From contig JBHGAY010000004.1 in assembly GCA_041946735.1 (NCBI GenBank), forward strand, positions 64,001 through 128,000: DNA of 64,000 bases, given 5' to 3'. The notes under the pieces are model-generated. The model saw only the letters and a list, made by a program, of their open reading frames with translations. It had not been told where the DNA came from and did no database searches. Made by a program: the position numbers and the translations under genes. This document shows, piece after piece, positions 55,553-64,000 of this stretch. Source of the DNA: Candidatus Eiseniibacteriota bacterium. Its GTDB lineage: Bacteria; Eisenbacteria; RBG-16-71-46; CAIMUX01; VGJL01. Position 1 is the stretch's first letter. Each line of letters starts with the position of its first letter.

Positions 55553-56722
55553 TTGGCAGTCCTGCTGCTGATGCTCGCTCTCGTGCTCGTTCTGTGGGGG
55601 CACGAGGCGATCCGGCATCGCCGCGCCCTGCGGGCGCTGGAGATCCGGATCCACGTCAACGGGACTCGGGGGAAGTCCTCCGTTACCCGTCTGCTCGCCG
55701 GCGCGCTTCGCGAGGCGAACATCCCGACCTTCGCCAAGACGACCGGCTCCACGGCGCGACTGATCTTCCCGGACGGTCACGAGGAGCCGATCGTGCGCGT
55801 GGGCAGCCCGAACATCTGCGAGCAGATCGGCGTGCTCGACCAGGCGCGACGCTCCGGGGCGCGGGCGATCGTCATGGAGTGCATGGCGGTTCGTCCCGAC
55901 CTGCAGAAGGTCTGCGAGCATTCGATCATGAAGTCCTCGATCGGCGTCTGCACCAACGTGCGGCCCGACCACCTCGACGTCATGGGGCCGACGGTCGACG
56001 ACGTCGCCGTGGCGCTTTCCTCGACGGTGCCGAAGAGAGCCACCGCCGTCCTGGGCGACGCCCGCTTCCGCTCCGTCTACCGGAAAGTGGCGGCGGCGCG
56101 CCGCTCGGAGCTGATCGTCAGCGGTCCGTCCGACCTTCCGCCTGGGGCGATGGACGGCTTCCGCTACGTCGAGCACGAGGAGAACGTCGCCACGGCGCTC
56201 GCCGTCACACGGAGGCTTCACATTCCGGACGAGACGGCGCTGCGCGGCATGTACCGCGCCACCCCGGACGTCGGAGCGTGCACGCGCTGGACGCTCGAGC
56301 GTTCGGGCCGGCCGATCGAGTTCGTGAACATTTTCGCCGCGAACGATCTCGAATCGACGATCCAGATCTGGCGGATGCTGGGGCTGCAGAGCCTGCCGGA
56401 GGAGACGACCTTCGCGTTGATCAATCTTCGCGGCGATCGCGTCGATCGCTCGCTGCAGTACGCGGCCGCGGTCGAAGGCGGGCTGCGGGCCGACTTCTAC
56501 GTCTTGGTCGGCGACTTCCCGGATACCGTGCTGCAGCAGTTCCGCCGGCAGGTGCCGGAAGAGCGGCTGGTGCCGATTGGGCGAGAGGTGCCGCAAGCGA
56601 TCTTCGACCGGATCGCGTCTCTGAGCGACCGGCGCGCGCGCGTCGGAGGGGTGGGGAACATCGGCGGGTTGGGTCACGAGATCCTGCGGTACGTGGCCCA
56701 GGAAGGAGGACCGACGTGCTGA
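55553..56722 (+). CDS. pgsB: Poly-gamma-glutamate synthase (Mur-ligase family)
   Basis: N-terminal TM, RIHVNGTRGKSSVTRL, AKTTG, NICEQ, ECMAVRP, TNVRPDHLDVMGPT, EHEENVA, FAAND, R.DRVDRS, GVGNIGG. Start TTG 55553 or ATG 55571. Confidence 0.95.
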   Translation: MAVLLLMLALVLVLWGHEAIRHRRALRALEIRIHVNGTRGKSSVTRLLAGALREANIPTFAKTTGSTARLIFPDGHEEPIVRVGSPNICEQIGVLDQARRSGARAIVMECMAVRPDLQKVCEHSIMKSSIGVCTNVRPDHLDVMGPTVDDVAVALSSTVPKRATAVLGDARFRSVYRKVAAARRSELIVSGPSDLPPGAMDGFRYVEHEENVATALAVTRRLHIPDETALRGMYRATPDVGACTRWTLERSGRPIEFVNIFAANDLESTIQIWRMLGLQSLPEETTFALINLRGDRVDRSLQYAAAVEGGLRADFYVLVGDFPDTVLQQFRRQVPEERLVPIGREVPQAIFDRIASLSDRRARVGGVGNIGGLGHEILRYVAQEGGPTC

Positions 56723-57180
56723 TCGCGGAAGCGATCGGTATTGGGATCGTCGCCAGTCTGCTCTTCACCGAGGCGATCGGATTCGCGGCGGGCGGATTCG
56801 TCGTCCCCGGCTACATCGCTCTCTACCTCGACCGTCCCATGCAGGTCATCGGGACGGTCCTGGCCGCGCTCGTGACCTACGGGTGCCTGAAGCTGACCGG
56901 ACGATTCCTGCTGATCTACGGGCGGAGGAACCTCGTTCTCGCCGTCCTGCTCGGCTTCGTCTTCGGCGCGCTGACCGCCCAGATCCCGACCGAGCCGCTC
57001 GGCTCGCTCGAGGGTGGCCTGGCGGCGATCGGCTTCATCATCCCGGGCCTGCTCGCCTATTGGATGACGCGGCAAGGGATCGTGCGAACGCTCGCCGCGA
57101 TGGCGGTCGCCGCCGTGCTCGTGCGGCTGGCCCTCATCGTCCTTCATGGAGGTGCGCTCCTTGAGACGGCTACTCTCTAG
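56716..57180 (+). CDS. pgsC: Poly-gamma-glutamate biosynthesis membrane protein
   Basis: AGGFVVPGYIAL, LLIYGRR, IGFIIPGLLAYWM.RQG. GTG start overlaps the pgsB end, SD GGAGG. Confidence 0.93.
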   Translation: MLIAEAIGIGIVASLLFTEAIGFAAGGFVVPGYIALYLDRPMQVIGTVLAALVTYGCLKLTGRFLLIYGRRNLVLAVLLGFVFGALTAQIPTEPLGSLEGGLAAIGFIIPGLLAYWMTRQGIVRTLAAMAVAAVLVRLALIVLHGGALLETATL

Positions 57181-58342
57181 CGCTCGCGGCGCCTCCTGGA
57201 CGCGAAGGGCGGATCTGTTTCTCGTCGCTCTCGCTGTGCTCGGCCTCGGGATCCATACGCTGACCGAGTCGACCCGACGGATGAATCCGAGACCCTACCT
57301 CGCGGAGAAGATGGGGGCGGCCACGCGCGCGATCCGTTGTTTCGAGGCGATCCGCGAGGCGCGGCTCGGCACACCGTCCTCCCAGGATACGGAGAACGAC
57401 CCGGAGGGCAGCGGGCTGATCGGGCAGGAGTTCACGCTGACGACGACGGACCGTGGAGTGCTGGAGGCGAAGCTCACCTCGGTCAATCCGAACTTCGCCG
57501 CGGTCTTCGTCGAGTACTTCAAGGACATGGGACTCGAGAGGGGCGACGCGGTCGCGATCGCGCTGACCGGCTCCTTCCCTGCCTTGAACGTCACCGTGCT
57601 CGCGGCGGCCGAGGAGTTGGGGCTGCGCGCTCTGCCGATCACCTCCGTGGGAGCGTCGATGTGGGGCGCCAACGATCCCTCCTTCACCTGGCTCGACATG
57701 GAAACGCTCCTGAACAGGCAGGGGCTGCTTGCGACGCGTTCGATCGGGGCGTCGATCGGGGGAAGCAACGACCGCGGGAGGGGCTTGAGCCCGCGCGGGC
57801 GCGCCTTGCTGCGCGAGGCGATCGAGCGCAACGGTGTCGCGCTGATCCGCGAGCCGACGCTCGACGAGTCGGTGAAGAAGAGGCTCGAGATGTACCGCGA
57901 GGCGGCGGGACCGGCCGGCGTCAGGGCGTTCGTGAACGTCGGAGGCGGCGCGGCGGCCACCGGCACCCAGCAGAACTCGGACCTGATCCCGCCTGGGGTG
58001 AACCGGTCGCTGAAGCCCTACAACTGGACTCAGAGAGGCGTGATCCACTACTTCGGCCGCGAGCGCATTCCGTTCGTGCATGTCCTGAACATCGAATCGA
58101 TCGCGCAGGCGAATGGCCTTCCGACCGTCCCGGAGCGGGTGCCGCCGGTCGGCGAGGGAGAGGTCTTCTACCGCGAGATGTACGATCTGCGGATCGCCGG
58201 GCCGGCCCTGGCGGTCTATCTCGTGCTCTGCTTCGGAGTCCTGCGCGCGCGGCATCGCGCGGCCCAGGCGGCGCGGGTCGTGGAGGTGCCGGCGGCGATC
58301 ACGGCCATCGGCGCCGAGCCGGTCTCTCAAAGTCGCGGATGA
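57161..58342 (+). CDS. pgsW: Poly-gamma-glutamate system protein
   Basis: GLIGQEFT..TTDRG.LEAKLTSVNPNFAA, TGSFPALN, SVGASMWGANDP.FTWLDME, FVNVGGG. N- and C-terminal TM segments. Start TTG 57161 (SD GGAGG) or ATG 57146. Confidence 0.85.
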   Translation: MRRLLSSARGASWTRRADLFLVALAVLGLGIHTLTESTRRMNPRPYLAEKMGAATRAIRCFEAIREARLGTPSSQDTENDPEGSGLIGQEFTLTTTDRGVLEAKLTSVNPNFAAVFVEYFKDMGLERGDAVAIALTGSFPALNVTVLAAAEELGLRALPITSVGASMWGANDPSFTWLDMETLLNRQGLLATRSIGASIGGSNDRGRGLSPRGRALLREAIERNGVALIREPTLDESVKKRLEMYREAAGPAGVRAFVNVGGGAAATGTQQNSDLIPPGVNRSLKPYNWTQRGVIHYFGRERIPFVHVLNIESIAQANGLPTVPERVPPVGEGEVFYREMYDLRIAGPALAVYLVLCFGVLRARHRAAQAARVVEVPAAITAIGAEPVSQSRG

Positions 58343-58379
58343 CGGCGACAGAGACCGGAGGGAACGTGGAGGGAAAGGA

Positions 58380-59363
58380 ATGATTCCGATGCGTAGCGGC
58401 GGTTCGAGCGATCCGAGCGATTCGAGGTCCCGGTGGCGGCGGGACTGCCAGGGCTTGCGTCTCGCCGCGATCCTCGCCGTCCTCTGCCTTGCCGCGACGC
58501 CGCTGCTGTCCGATGCCGCCGCGGGGAACCGGATCCAGCCGCTTCGCGACGCGGGCGTCGCCAAGATCAAGGTCGGGCGGAAGACGTCCACCTACCACCG
58601 GGCGACGGCGGCGGAGCCGATCGAGTTTCGCGTGACCGGCCCGACACCGGTTCGAATCCTGAGCCGTTACCTGTACGCGAAGGGACAGGCTTCCGCGCCG
58701 GTCTCCTACAGGCTGGAGGTTTCGATCGATGGCGTGGCCCTTCCTTCCCCTCCCGAAAGGGCGAAGCCGAGCAAGAGCACCTGGAAGGGCAGGCCGGTCG
58801 GTACGCTCGAGCGGGAGATCGTCCGGATTCCCGCCGGCAGCCATCGGGTCCTCGTACGACCGGTGAATCCGAAGGCGACCGTCGCGGTCCGGATCTTCCT
58901 CGGAGGCGGAGAGCGGGCGAGAGTCAACTGGATCGACTTCGCCCCCGAGACCTATCCAAAATCCCTCCGCTTGCATCGGAGCGATCAGGAGATCGCGTGC
59001 TACCGCCTGGAGCCCGGCAGTCCCGTGGAGATGCCGCCGATCCATGGTCCGCTGCGCCTGCGCATCGAGAGTCGGATCGATTTCGGCTTCGCGAACGGCT
59101 ACACGCAAAGCTACATCGTCAAGACCCTGCTCGATGGCAAGCCATGGCACAGCTTCGCGCTCAAGTCCCGGGCGAGCCACACCACGAGCTACCCGGATCT
59201 GCCCGAGGTGACGCCTGGCCTGCTGCGTCAGTTCGAGGTCGAGGTGCCGCCTGGAACGCACGTCGTCACCTTCGAGCTCGACGGGACGACGGCAGGCGGC
59301 GCGACGCTTCGGATCCGCGCGCCGCAGAGCGAGATCAACGAAGGGATCAGGCGGGCCGGATAG
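58380..59363 (+). CDS. Hypothetical secreted basic protein with two tandem beta-sandwich-like repeats; last gene of the pgs operon
   Basis: Signal-like segment. Duplicated 'GP..RI.SR...Y.....DG...P.G.H.V' pattern. Lys/Arg rich. Confidence 0.75.
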   Translation: MIPMRSGGSSDPSDSRSRWRRDCQGLRLAAILAVLCLAATPLLSDAAAGNRIQPLRDAGVAKIKVGRKTSTYHRATAAEPIEFRVTGPTPVRILSRYLYAKGQASAPVSYRLEVSIDGVALPSPPERAKPSKSTWKGRPVGTLEREIVRIPAGSHRVLVRPVNPKATVAVRIFLGGGERARVNWIDFAPETYPKSLRLHRSDQEIACYRLEPGSPVEMPPIHGPLRLRIESRIDFGFANGYTQSYIVKTLLDGKPWHSFALKSRASHTTSYPDLPEVTPGLLRQFEVEVPPGTHVVTFELDGTTAGGATLRIRAPQSEINEGIRRAG

Positions 59364-59371
59364 GCGATCTC

Positions 59372-59405
59372 CCCGCATCTTCCTCGCCTGTGCGGGCTTT
59401 TATTT
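59372..59405 (+). terminator. Putative terminator of the pgs operon
   Basis: CCCGCA...TGCGGG stem followed by CTTTTATTT. Confidence 0.55.
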
Positions 59406-59822
59406 GTCTGCACAAACGATGAGAATGACCGAGTCGAACGAATGTCATTTATTCATTCGCAGCCGGCGTCCGCTCGCTCTATTCTGATTCCACTGACGTC
59501 GAGACTCTCTAGGCGTTCTCTGCCGAGACAAAGATCGACAGCAAGAGCTTCGTAGTGCGGGAGAGGGGCGGATTGCGTGTCTTCGGATCTTCGATCGCGT
59601 ATTGAATCCTACTGCGCTGTAGCCGATACCACTCCAGCGAGCCACAACCGATAGCCACTCGACATCGGCCACGCAGATCCGGAATCCACCGCCGCCCCTC
59701 TTCTTTCCATCGCCGCGCGTGCGCGGCGATGTTTCCGGAGGGTACGGGAGAATCGAAGGCAAGCGAGGCATCGAAGCCGCTTGCCTTTCCTCATCGGGTC
59801 AGCAGACGGACACTGCCACTGC

Positions 59823-61703
59823 TTACCGGCCGGGCAGGAGCAGGACCTTTCGGGTTCCCGGGGCAGACGCTCCATCGATGCGGTAGAAGTAGAGGCCGGA
59901 CGGAAGCCGGTCTCCCCCGCCGCTTCCGCTTCGCCCGTCCCAGAAGACGCCCCTGGCGCCGGCCGTGAAAGGAATCTCCCGTACGATTCGTCCTTGCAGA
60001 TCGTAAAGGATCAGATTCCCGCCGGACCTCGCCGCCACGTCCCTGGCCAGCCAGGCCCCCGTGCAGGGGACGATCGTCGTGCCGCCTGAAGCGAGGGAGC
60101 CGGGGTCTCCCGCCGCCGCCTCCTCGCTCCCTCCCCTGTAGACCACGGCGAACGGCTGCTGATCGAGATGCGGAGTGCCGGCCGACTCTGGCCAAGGGCT
60201 GCCCTGAAGTTCGAAGCGGTAGTTCCCCGCGGGAACGAGGAGCCCCTGCTCATCGCGTCCATCCCAGAGGATCTGGTGGTACCCGCTCGCGATCTGTCCC
60301 TCGAGGAGCAGGCGAACGATGTTGCCCGCCTCGTTGCGGATCAGGATTCGAGCGAAGCCATCCGTCGGCGCGATCACCGAGGCCGTGACGACCGCTCCGG
60401 GATCGCCCGGATCGAATGGATCGGGAGCGACGCTCACGATCGCCCAGCGGTCGAACCAAGGGAAGAGCCCCTTCTCATTCATGCTGCGGATCGCTCGCGT
60501 TTGCGCCTTCAGGCACGCGACCGATGCGGCATCCGAGTCGTCCTGGCCGATGACGAGCGCGCAGCGGATCGAATCGGTCTGCCCCGGCTCGAGCGTGAAG
60601 GGCCCGGCGCTCAGCATGCATCGCTTGTCGGCAGGCGAATCGTCCCGCCATCCCTCGTCGATGTCCCATCGGCCGGCATGCCAGAAGCGCGTAGGGAGGC
60701 CGGTCGTTGGATCGATGACCGGCTCTCCCTGCGCGGTCAGACCGCGGAAGACGTTGTAGGACGCCTGTGCCGAGGACGGATCCTGACCGTTGACGAAATC
60801 GACCGCGGCGTATGCGCCCGCGTCGGGATCGCCCGGCGCTCGCAGAAGCGCAATGCCGACGGCGGGTGGCTGGTCCTCGTACACGTCGTCCCATGCGGTG
60901 CTGACGACGAAGGAGAGATCGAGGAGCGAATCGCAGCCGGCGAGATCATTGCCGGCGTCGCCTACGTCCGGGTCCATCCAGAGTCCAATGCGAGCGTTTT
61001 CGATCGTCTGCGCGCCGCGATTCCAGATCCGGTATTCCATGACGATCACGCGCCCGAGCGGCCATGGCCCATCGAATGCATAGGTAAGATGGGTCACCTC
61101 GATGCCCAGCGGAGCGGTCCCTCCCGGGAGGTTCGTGTGCACTGCGGGATTCGCGTCATGGAAAACCGACCAGAGTGTCTGGTCCGCGACGTGGAGCGGG
61201 AGGCCGCCGCGATCGACCGGCGCGCCGTCGTCGACCGGCCACTCGTCGTAGTCAGCATCGCCGGGACCGGATCCCGGCTCGAGCTTGTAGACCCGATAGC
61301 GCGGGTCGGCCGGATCCGTCCACCCGCCACCGGGCAGCATGCGTCCCGGCTGATATTCCAGGCTGTACTCCGCGGTCGTCACGCGGAGCTCGCCTCCCAC
61401 GTATCCCCCGATCCAGAGTCCGGCGGCGTAGAGGCAGGTCTTGTCGGTGCCGCGCGGGAAGAAGGTCCCTGCCGGACCGCCCGGGGATTCGAGATCCCTG
61501 CCGAAACCGCCGGAGTTCGTCAGGAACATGGCGATCTCATTCGCGTCGACCATCGTCCCGTAGTCGAAGTCGCGCAGAAGCGGCGCTGGATCGCCGGCGC
61601 GCGCGACGGAGGGAAACTTCGGTTCTCGGGGACCGGCGAAGACGAGCGCAGCGGTGAGCGAAAGAGCGAGCAGCACGGCGAGAGAGACGGCCAGGGTGCG
61701 CAT
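59823..61703 (-). CDS. Secreted protein with two tandem FlgD-Ig-like C-terminal domains
   Basis: SD GAAGGAGG and a signal peptide. DANEIAMFLTN...FPRGT...AAGLWIGG, DPDVGD..NDL.GCD. Two 'WDGR' CTD-like units. Confidence 0.8.
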   Translation of the reverse strand: MRTLAVSLAVLLALSLTAALVFAGPREPKFPSVARAGDPAPLLRDFDYGTMVDANEIAMFLTNSGGFGRDLESPGGPAGTFFPRGTDKTCLYAAGLWIGGYVGGELRVTTAEYSLEYQPGRMLPGGGWTDPADPRYRVYKLEPGSGPGDADYDEWPVDDGAPVDRGGLPLHVADQTLWSVFHDANPAVHTNLPGGTAPLGIEVTHLTYAFDGPWPLGRVIVMEYRIWNRGAQTIENARIGLWMDPDVGDAGNDLAGCDSLLDLSFVVSTAWDDVYEDQPPAVGIALLRAPGDPDAGAYAAVDFVNGQDPSSAQASYNVFRGLTAQGEPVIDPTTGLPTRFWHAGRWDIDEGWRDDSPADKRCMLSAGPFTLEPGQTDSIRCALVIGQDDSDAASVACLKAQTRAIRSMNEKGLFPWFDRWAIVSVAPDPFDPGDPGAVVTASVIAPTDGFARILIRNEAGNIVRLLLEGQIASGYHQILWDGRDEQGLLVPAGNYRFELQGSPWPESAGTPHLDQQPFAVVYRGGSEEAAAGDPGSLASGGTTIVPCTGAWLARDVAARSGGNLILYDLQGRIVREIPFTAGARGVFWDGRSGSGGGDRLPSGLYFYRIDGASAPGTRKVLLLPGR

Positions 61704-61747
61704 CGGAAGCTCCTCCTTCACGAGTTGTGGGAATTCCCGGCGCAAGG

Positions 61748-61756
61748 ATTGTAGCA
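61748..61756 (-). promoter_or_regulatory. Putative extended -10 element (TGCTACAAT)
   Basis: TGnTACAAT about 45 bp upstream of the ATG at 61703. Confidence 0.45.
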
Positions 61757-61863
61757 GGCGGGGAACGAGCCGGCGAAGGGCACCCTTTGGCGATGCCCCT
61801 CAGCGAAGCGCCCTTCGGCGAAGCGCCGGCTTGGACGCTGCGCCGCCGTACGGGACGGGACAG

Positions 61864-63294
61864 TCAGCGCAGGCGCAGCACCAGCAACTTCAGCTCGGTC
61901 ATCTCCTCGATCGCCCAGCGGATCCCTTCGCGGCCGAAGCCGGAGTGCTTCACGCCACCGTAGGGCATGTGGTCGACGCGCCAGGTCGGGACCTCGTTGA
62001 TCGTCACGCCGCCGGCCTCGACGTCGCGGTAGAAGCGGAAGGCTCGATCGAGATCGTGGGTGAACAATCCCGCCTGCAGTCCGAACTCCGAGTCGTTCAC
62101 CTTCTCGATCGCCTGCTCGAGCGACTCGTGGGAGTCGACCACGGCGACCGGGCCGAACGCTTCCTGGCAGGAGATGCGGAGGCGCGGATCCACGTCCCTC
62201 AGGATCGTCGGCTCGACGACGTTCCCGCTGCGGTGCCCGCCGCAGGCGATCTCCGCTCCGCGGTCGCGCGCCTCGGCGATCCAACCCATGAGGCGGTCCG
62301 CTTCTTCGCTGCGGATCAGCGGTCCGACGACCGTCTCCTCGAGAGCGGGATCGCCGTGGGGGATCTGCTCCCGGGCGTAGGCGGCGAACGCGTCGACGAA
62401 AGCCCTCTCGTCCCGAGCAGGGACGAGCACGCGCTGCACCGAGATGCAGCTCTGCCCCGCGTAGCCGAAGGCGGAGGCGGCGATCTTCGGGATCTCCCGG
62501 AGCGGGTCGTAGCCCTCGTCGAGGACGACCGCGGCGTTGCCGCCGAGCTCGAGCACGACCTTGCGGTGGGCGGCGCGGCTCTTGAGCGGCCAGCCGACGA
62601 GCGGGCTGCCGGTGAAGGTCACGAGCTTCACGCGCGGATCGACCACCATCGACTCGGCGAGCTGCACCGGGCTGGGCACCACGTTCAACAGTCCCGCCGG
62701 GAGCCTGGCCGCCTCCGCCGCTTCGGCGAGCAGGAGCGAGGTGAGCGGCGTCTGGGAGGCGGGACGGAGGACGATGGCGCATCCGGCCGCGATCGCCGGG
62801 CCGACCTTGTGGCAGACGAGATTCAGTGGGAAGTTGAACGGCGTGATCGCCAGCACGACGCCGACAGGGAAGCGGCGCGTGAAGCCGGTGTGCCCTCTGC
62901 CGACGTCGACCACGTCCAGGGGGAGCAGCTCGCCTCCGATCCGTTTCGACTCCTCTGCGGACCAGCGCAGCGTGTGGAGGCTCCGCTCCACCTCGGCGCG
63001 CGCGAGCCGGATCGGCTTGCCCGCCTCCGCGCAGATCGTCTGCGCGAACTCCTCCCGGCGCTCCTCGACGGCCGCCGCGATCCTTTCGAGCCAGCCGGCC
63101 CGGTCGACCGGCGCATCGTGGCGATGCTCGCGGAAGGCGCGTTCGGCGGCTGCCAGGGCCGCCTCGATCTCGGCAGGGCCGGCGCGGTGGTGCCGTCCCA
63201 CGATCGAGGAGTCGAACGGGGAGCGGACCTCGACGATCTCCGCCCCATCGATCCAGCGGCCGTCGACGTAGAGGTGGCACGTCTTGCGCTTCAT
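61864..63294 (-). CDS. NAD(P)-dependent aldehyde dehydrogenase
   Basis: ITPFNFP, TFTGS, LELGGNA, AGQSCIS (catalytic Cys), EAFGPV, PYGGVKHSGFGREG. Confidence 0.93.
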   Translation of the reverse strand: MKRKTCHLYVDGRWIDGAEIVEVRSPFDSSIVGRHHRAGPAEIEAALAAAERAFREHRHDAPVDRAGWLERIAAAVEERREEFAQTICAEAGKPIRLARAEVERSLHTLRWSAEESKRIGGELLPLDVVDVGRGHTGFTRRFPVGVVLAITPFNFPLNLVCHKVGPAIAAGCAIVLRPASQTPLTSLLLAEAAEAARLPAGLLNVVPSPVQLAESMVVDPRVKLVTFTGSPLVGWPLKSRAAHRKVVLELGGNAAVVLDEGYDPLREIPKIAASAFGYAGQSCISVQRVLVPARDERAFVDAFAAYAREQIPHGDPALEETVVGPLIRSEEADRLMGWIAEARDRGAEIACGGHRSGNVVEPTILRDVDPRLRISCQEAFGPVAVVDSHESLEQAIEKVNDSEFGLQAGLFTHDLDRAFRFYRDVEAGGVTINEVPTWRVDHMPYGGVKHSGFGREGIRWAIEEMTELKLLVLRLR

Positions 63295-63361
63295 CGGATC
63301 CTCCCAGGATCACGCGCGACGAACCGCCCCCGCGGTCCGCAAGCCGGACCCCGTCCTCCGG

Positions 63362-64000
63362 TCAGCTTCCCGAGACGGCGAGCTCCTTCACCCGGAAGCT
63401 CGGCGTCTTCAGCGGGCCATCCCAGACGAGATCGTCGGCGATCGCTTCGATGCCCCGGAAGATCTCCGGGATCGAGCCGGCGACCGTGACGCGGGCGACC
63501 GGCCGCACCGGCTTTCCCTTCTCGATCCAGAGGCCGAAGGCCGCGCTCGAGAAGTCCGAGTTCGACGGATCGAGGCCGATCCACCACCCGGAGAGCCCCC
63601 AGACCCAGAGGCCGCGGTCGATGCCGGCCACGATCTCCTCGAGCTTCTGCGTCCCCGGCGCGATCGAAATGTTCCCGCCTCCGATCTCCGGAAGCGATTC
63701 ATATCCTCCGCGCCGCGAGCTGCCGGTCGATTGCGCCCCCAGCCGCTTCGCCGCGGCCAGGTCGCACATCCGCCCCGCGATCTTCCCCTGTTCGAGGAGA
63801 GTCAGGTCGCGTGTGTCGATCCCCTCGCCGTCGAACGGGACGGTCGCCGGCCCGCCCGGCATGCGCATCGCGTCGTGGACGGTGACGAGCGGGCTGGCGA
63901 GGAGCGGATCGGCGCGGTCCGCGAGCCATGAGCGGCCGCGCGCGATATGGTCGCCGCGGAGGGCGACGGTGAGATAGACGAGCGGAGCGAATCCCGCCTC
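63362..64000 (-). CDS. TldD/PmbA (TldE-like) family protein, 5' part outside window
   Basis: Frame open to the window edge. ASPLVTVHD, PFDGEG, STGSSRRG, DFSSAAFG.WIEKG, TVAG, TPS. Confidence 0.85.
   Translation of the reverse strand, partial: EAGFAPLVYLTVALRGDHIARGRSWLADRADPLLASPLVTVHDAMRMPGGPATVPFDGEGIDTRDLTLLEQGKIAGRMCDLAAAKRLGAQSTGSSRRGGYESLPEIGGGNISIAPGTQKLEEIVAGIDRGLWVWGLSGWWIGLDPSNSDFSSAAFGLWIEKGKPVRPVARVTVAGSIPEIFRGIEAIADDLVWDGPLKTPSFRVKELAVSGS

Overview
GC-rich bacterial chromosomal window (about 70% GC by eye) with about 42 genes and no rRNA, tRNA, CRISPR array, integrase or transposase that I can support. Many secreted proteins end either in a FlgD-Ig/T9SS-like C-terminal domain or in a short 'TTWGxV/IR/KAxYR' tail. 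This pattern suggests an FCB-group candidate phylum such as Ca. Eisenbacteria (inference). Ordinary content: purN, an M16 peptidase pair, ada-alkA/ogt, DUF72, MFS and DMT transporters, an aldehyde dehydrogenase, pmbA/tldE, a PflX-like radical SAM enzyme, an MltD-like lytic transglycosylase, a DUF362/ferredoxin cluster and a kinase-STAND-TPR protein. The most notable element is an apparent diderm-adapted poly-gamma-glutamate (PGA) system spread over about 24-59 kb. It comprises pgsB-pgsC-pgsW plus a basic two-domain secreted protein, a CapA enzyme fused to PKD and a secretion CTD, a secreted Cys-nucleophile Ntn hydrolase where CapD would be expected, and an outer-membrane beta-barrel co-transcribed with an LVIVD-FN3-SUMF1 lipoprotein. 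Also nearby are two gingipain-like C25 proteins that both replace the catalytic His motif (YxGHG becomes YRGY/YRGW) and share a different downstream His. Other oddities: a metallothionein-like Cys/His lipoprotein, a candidate structured RNA at about 20.9-21.1 kb, an orphan ParB-like gene, an NDT/TIR-like+wHTH/GNAT pair, and frequent short tandem micro-duplications at gene ends. All functional links are inferences from motifs and gene order; no database searches were run.
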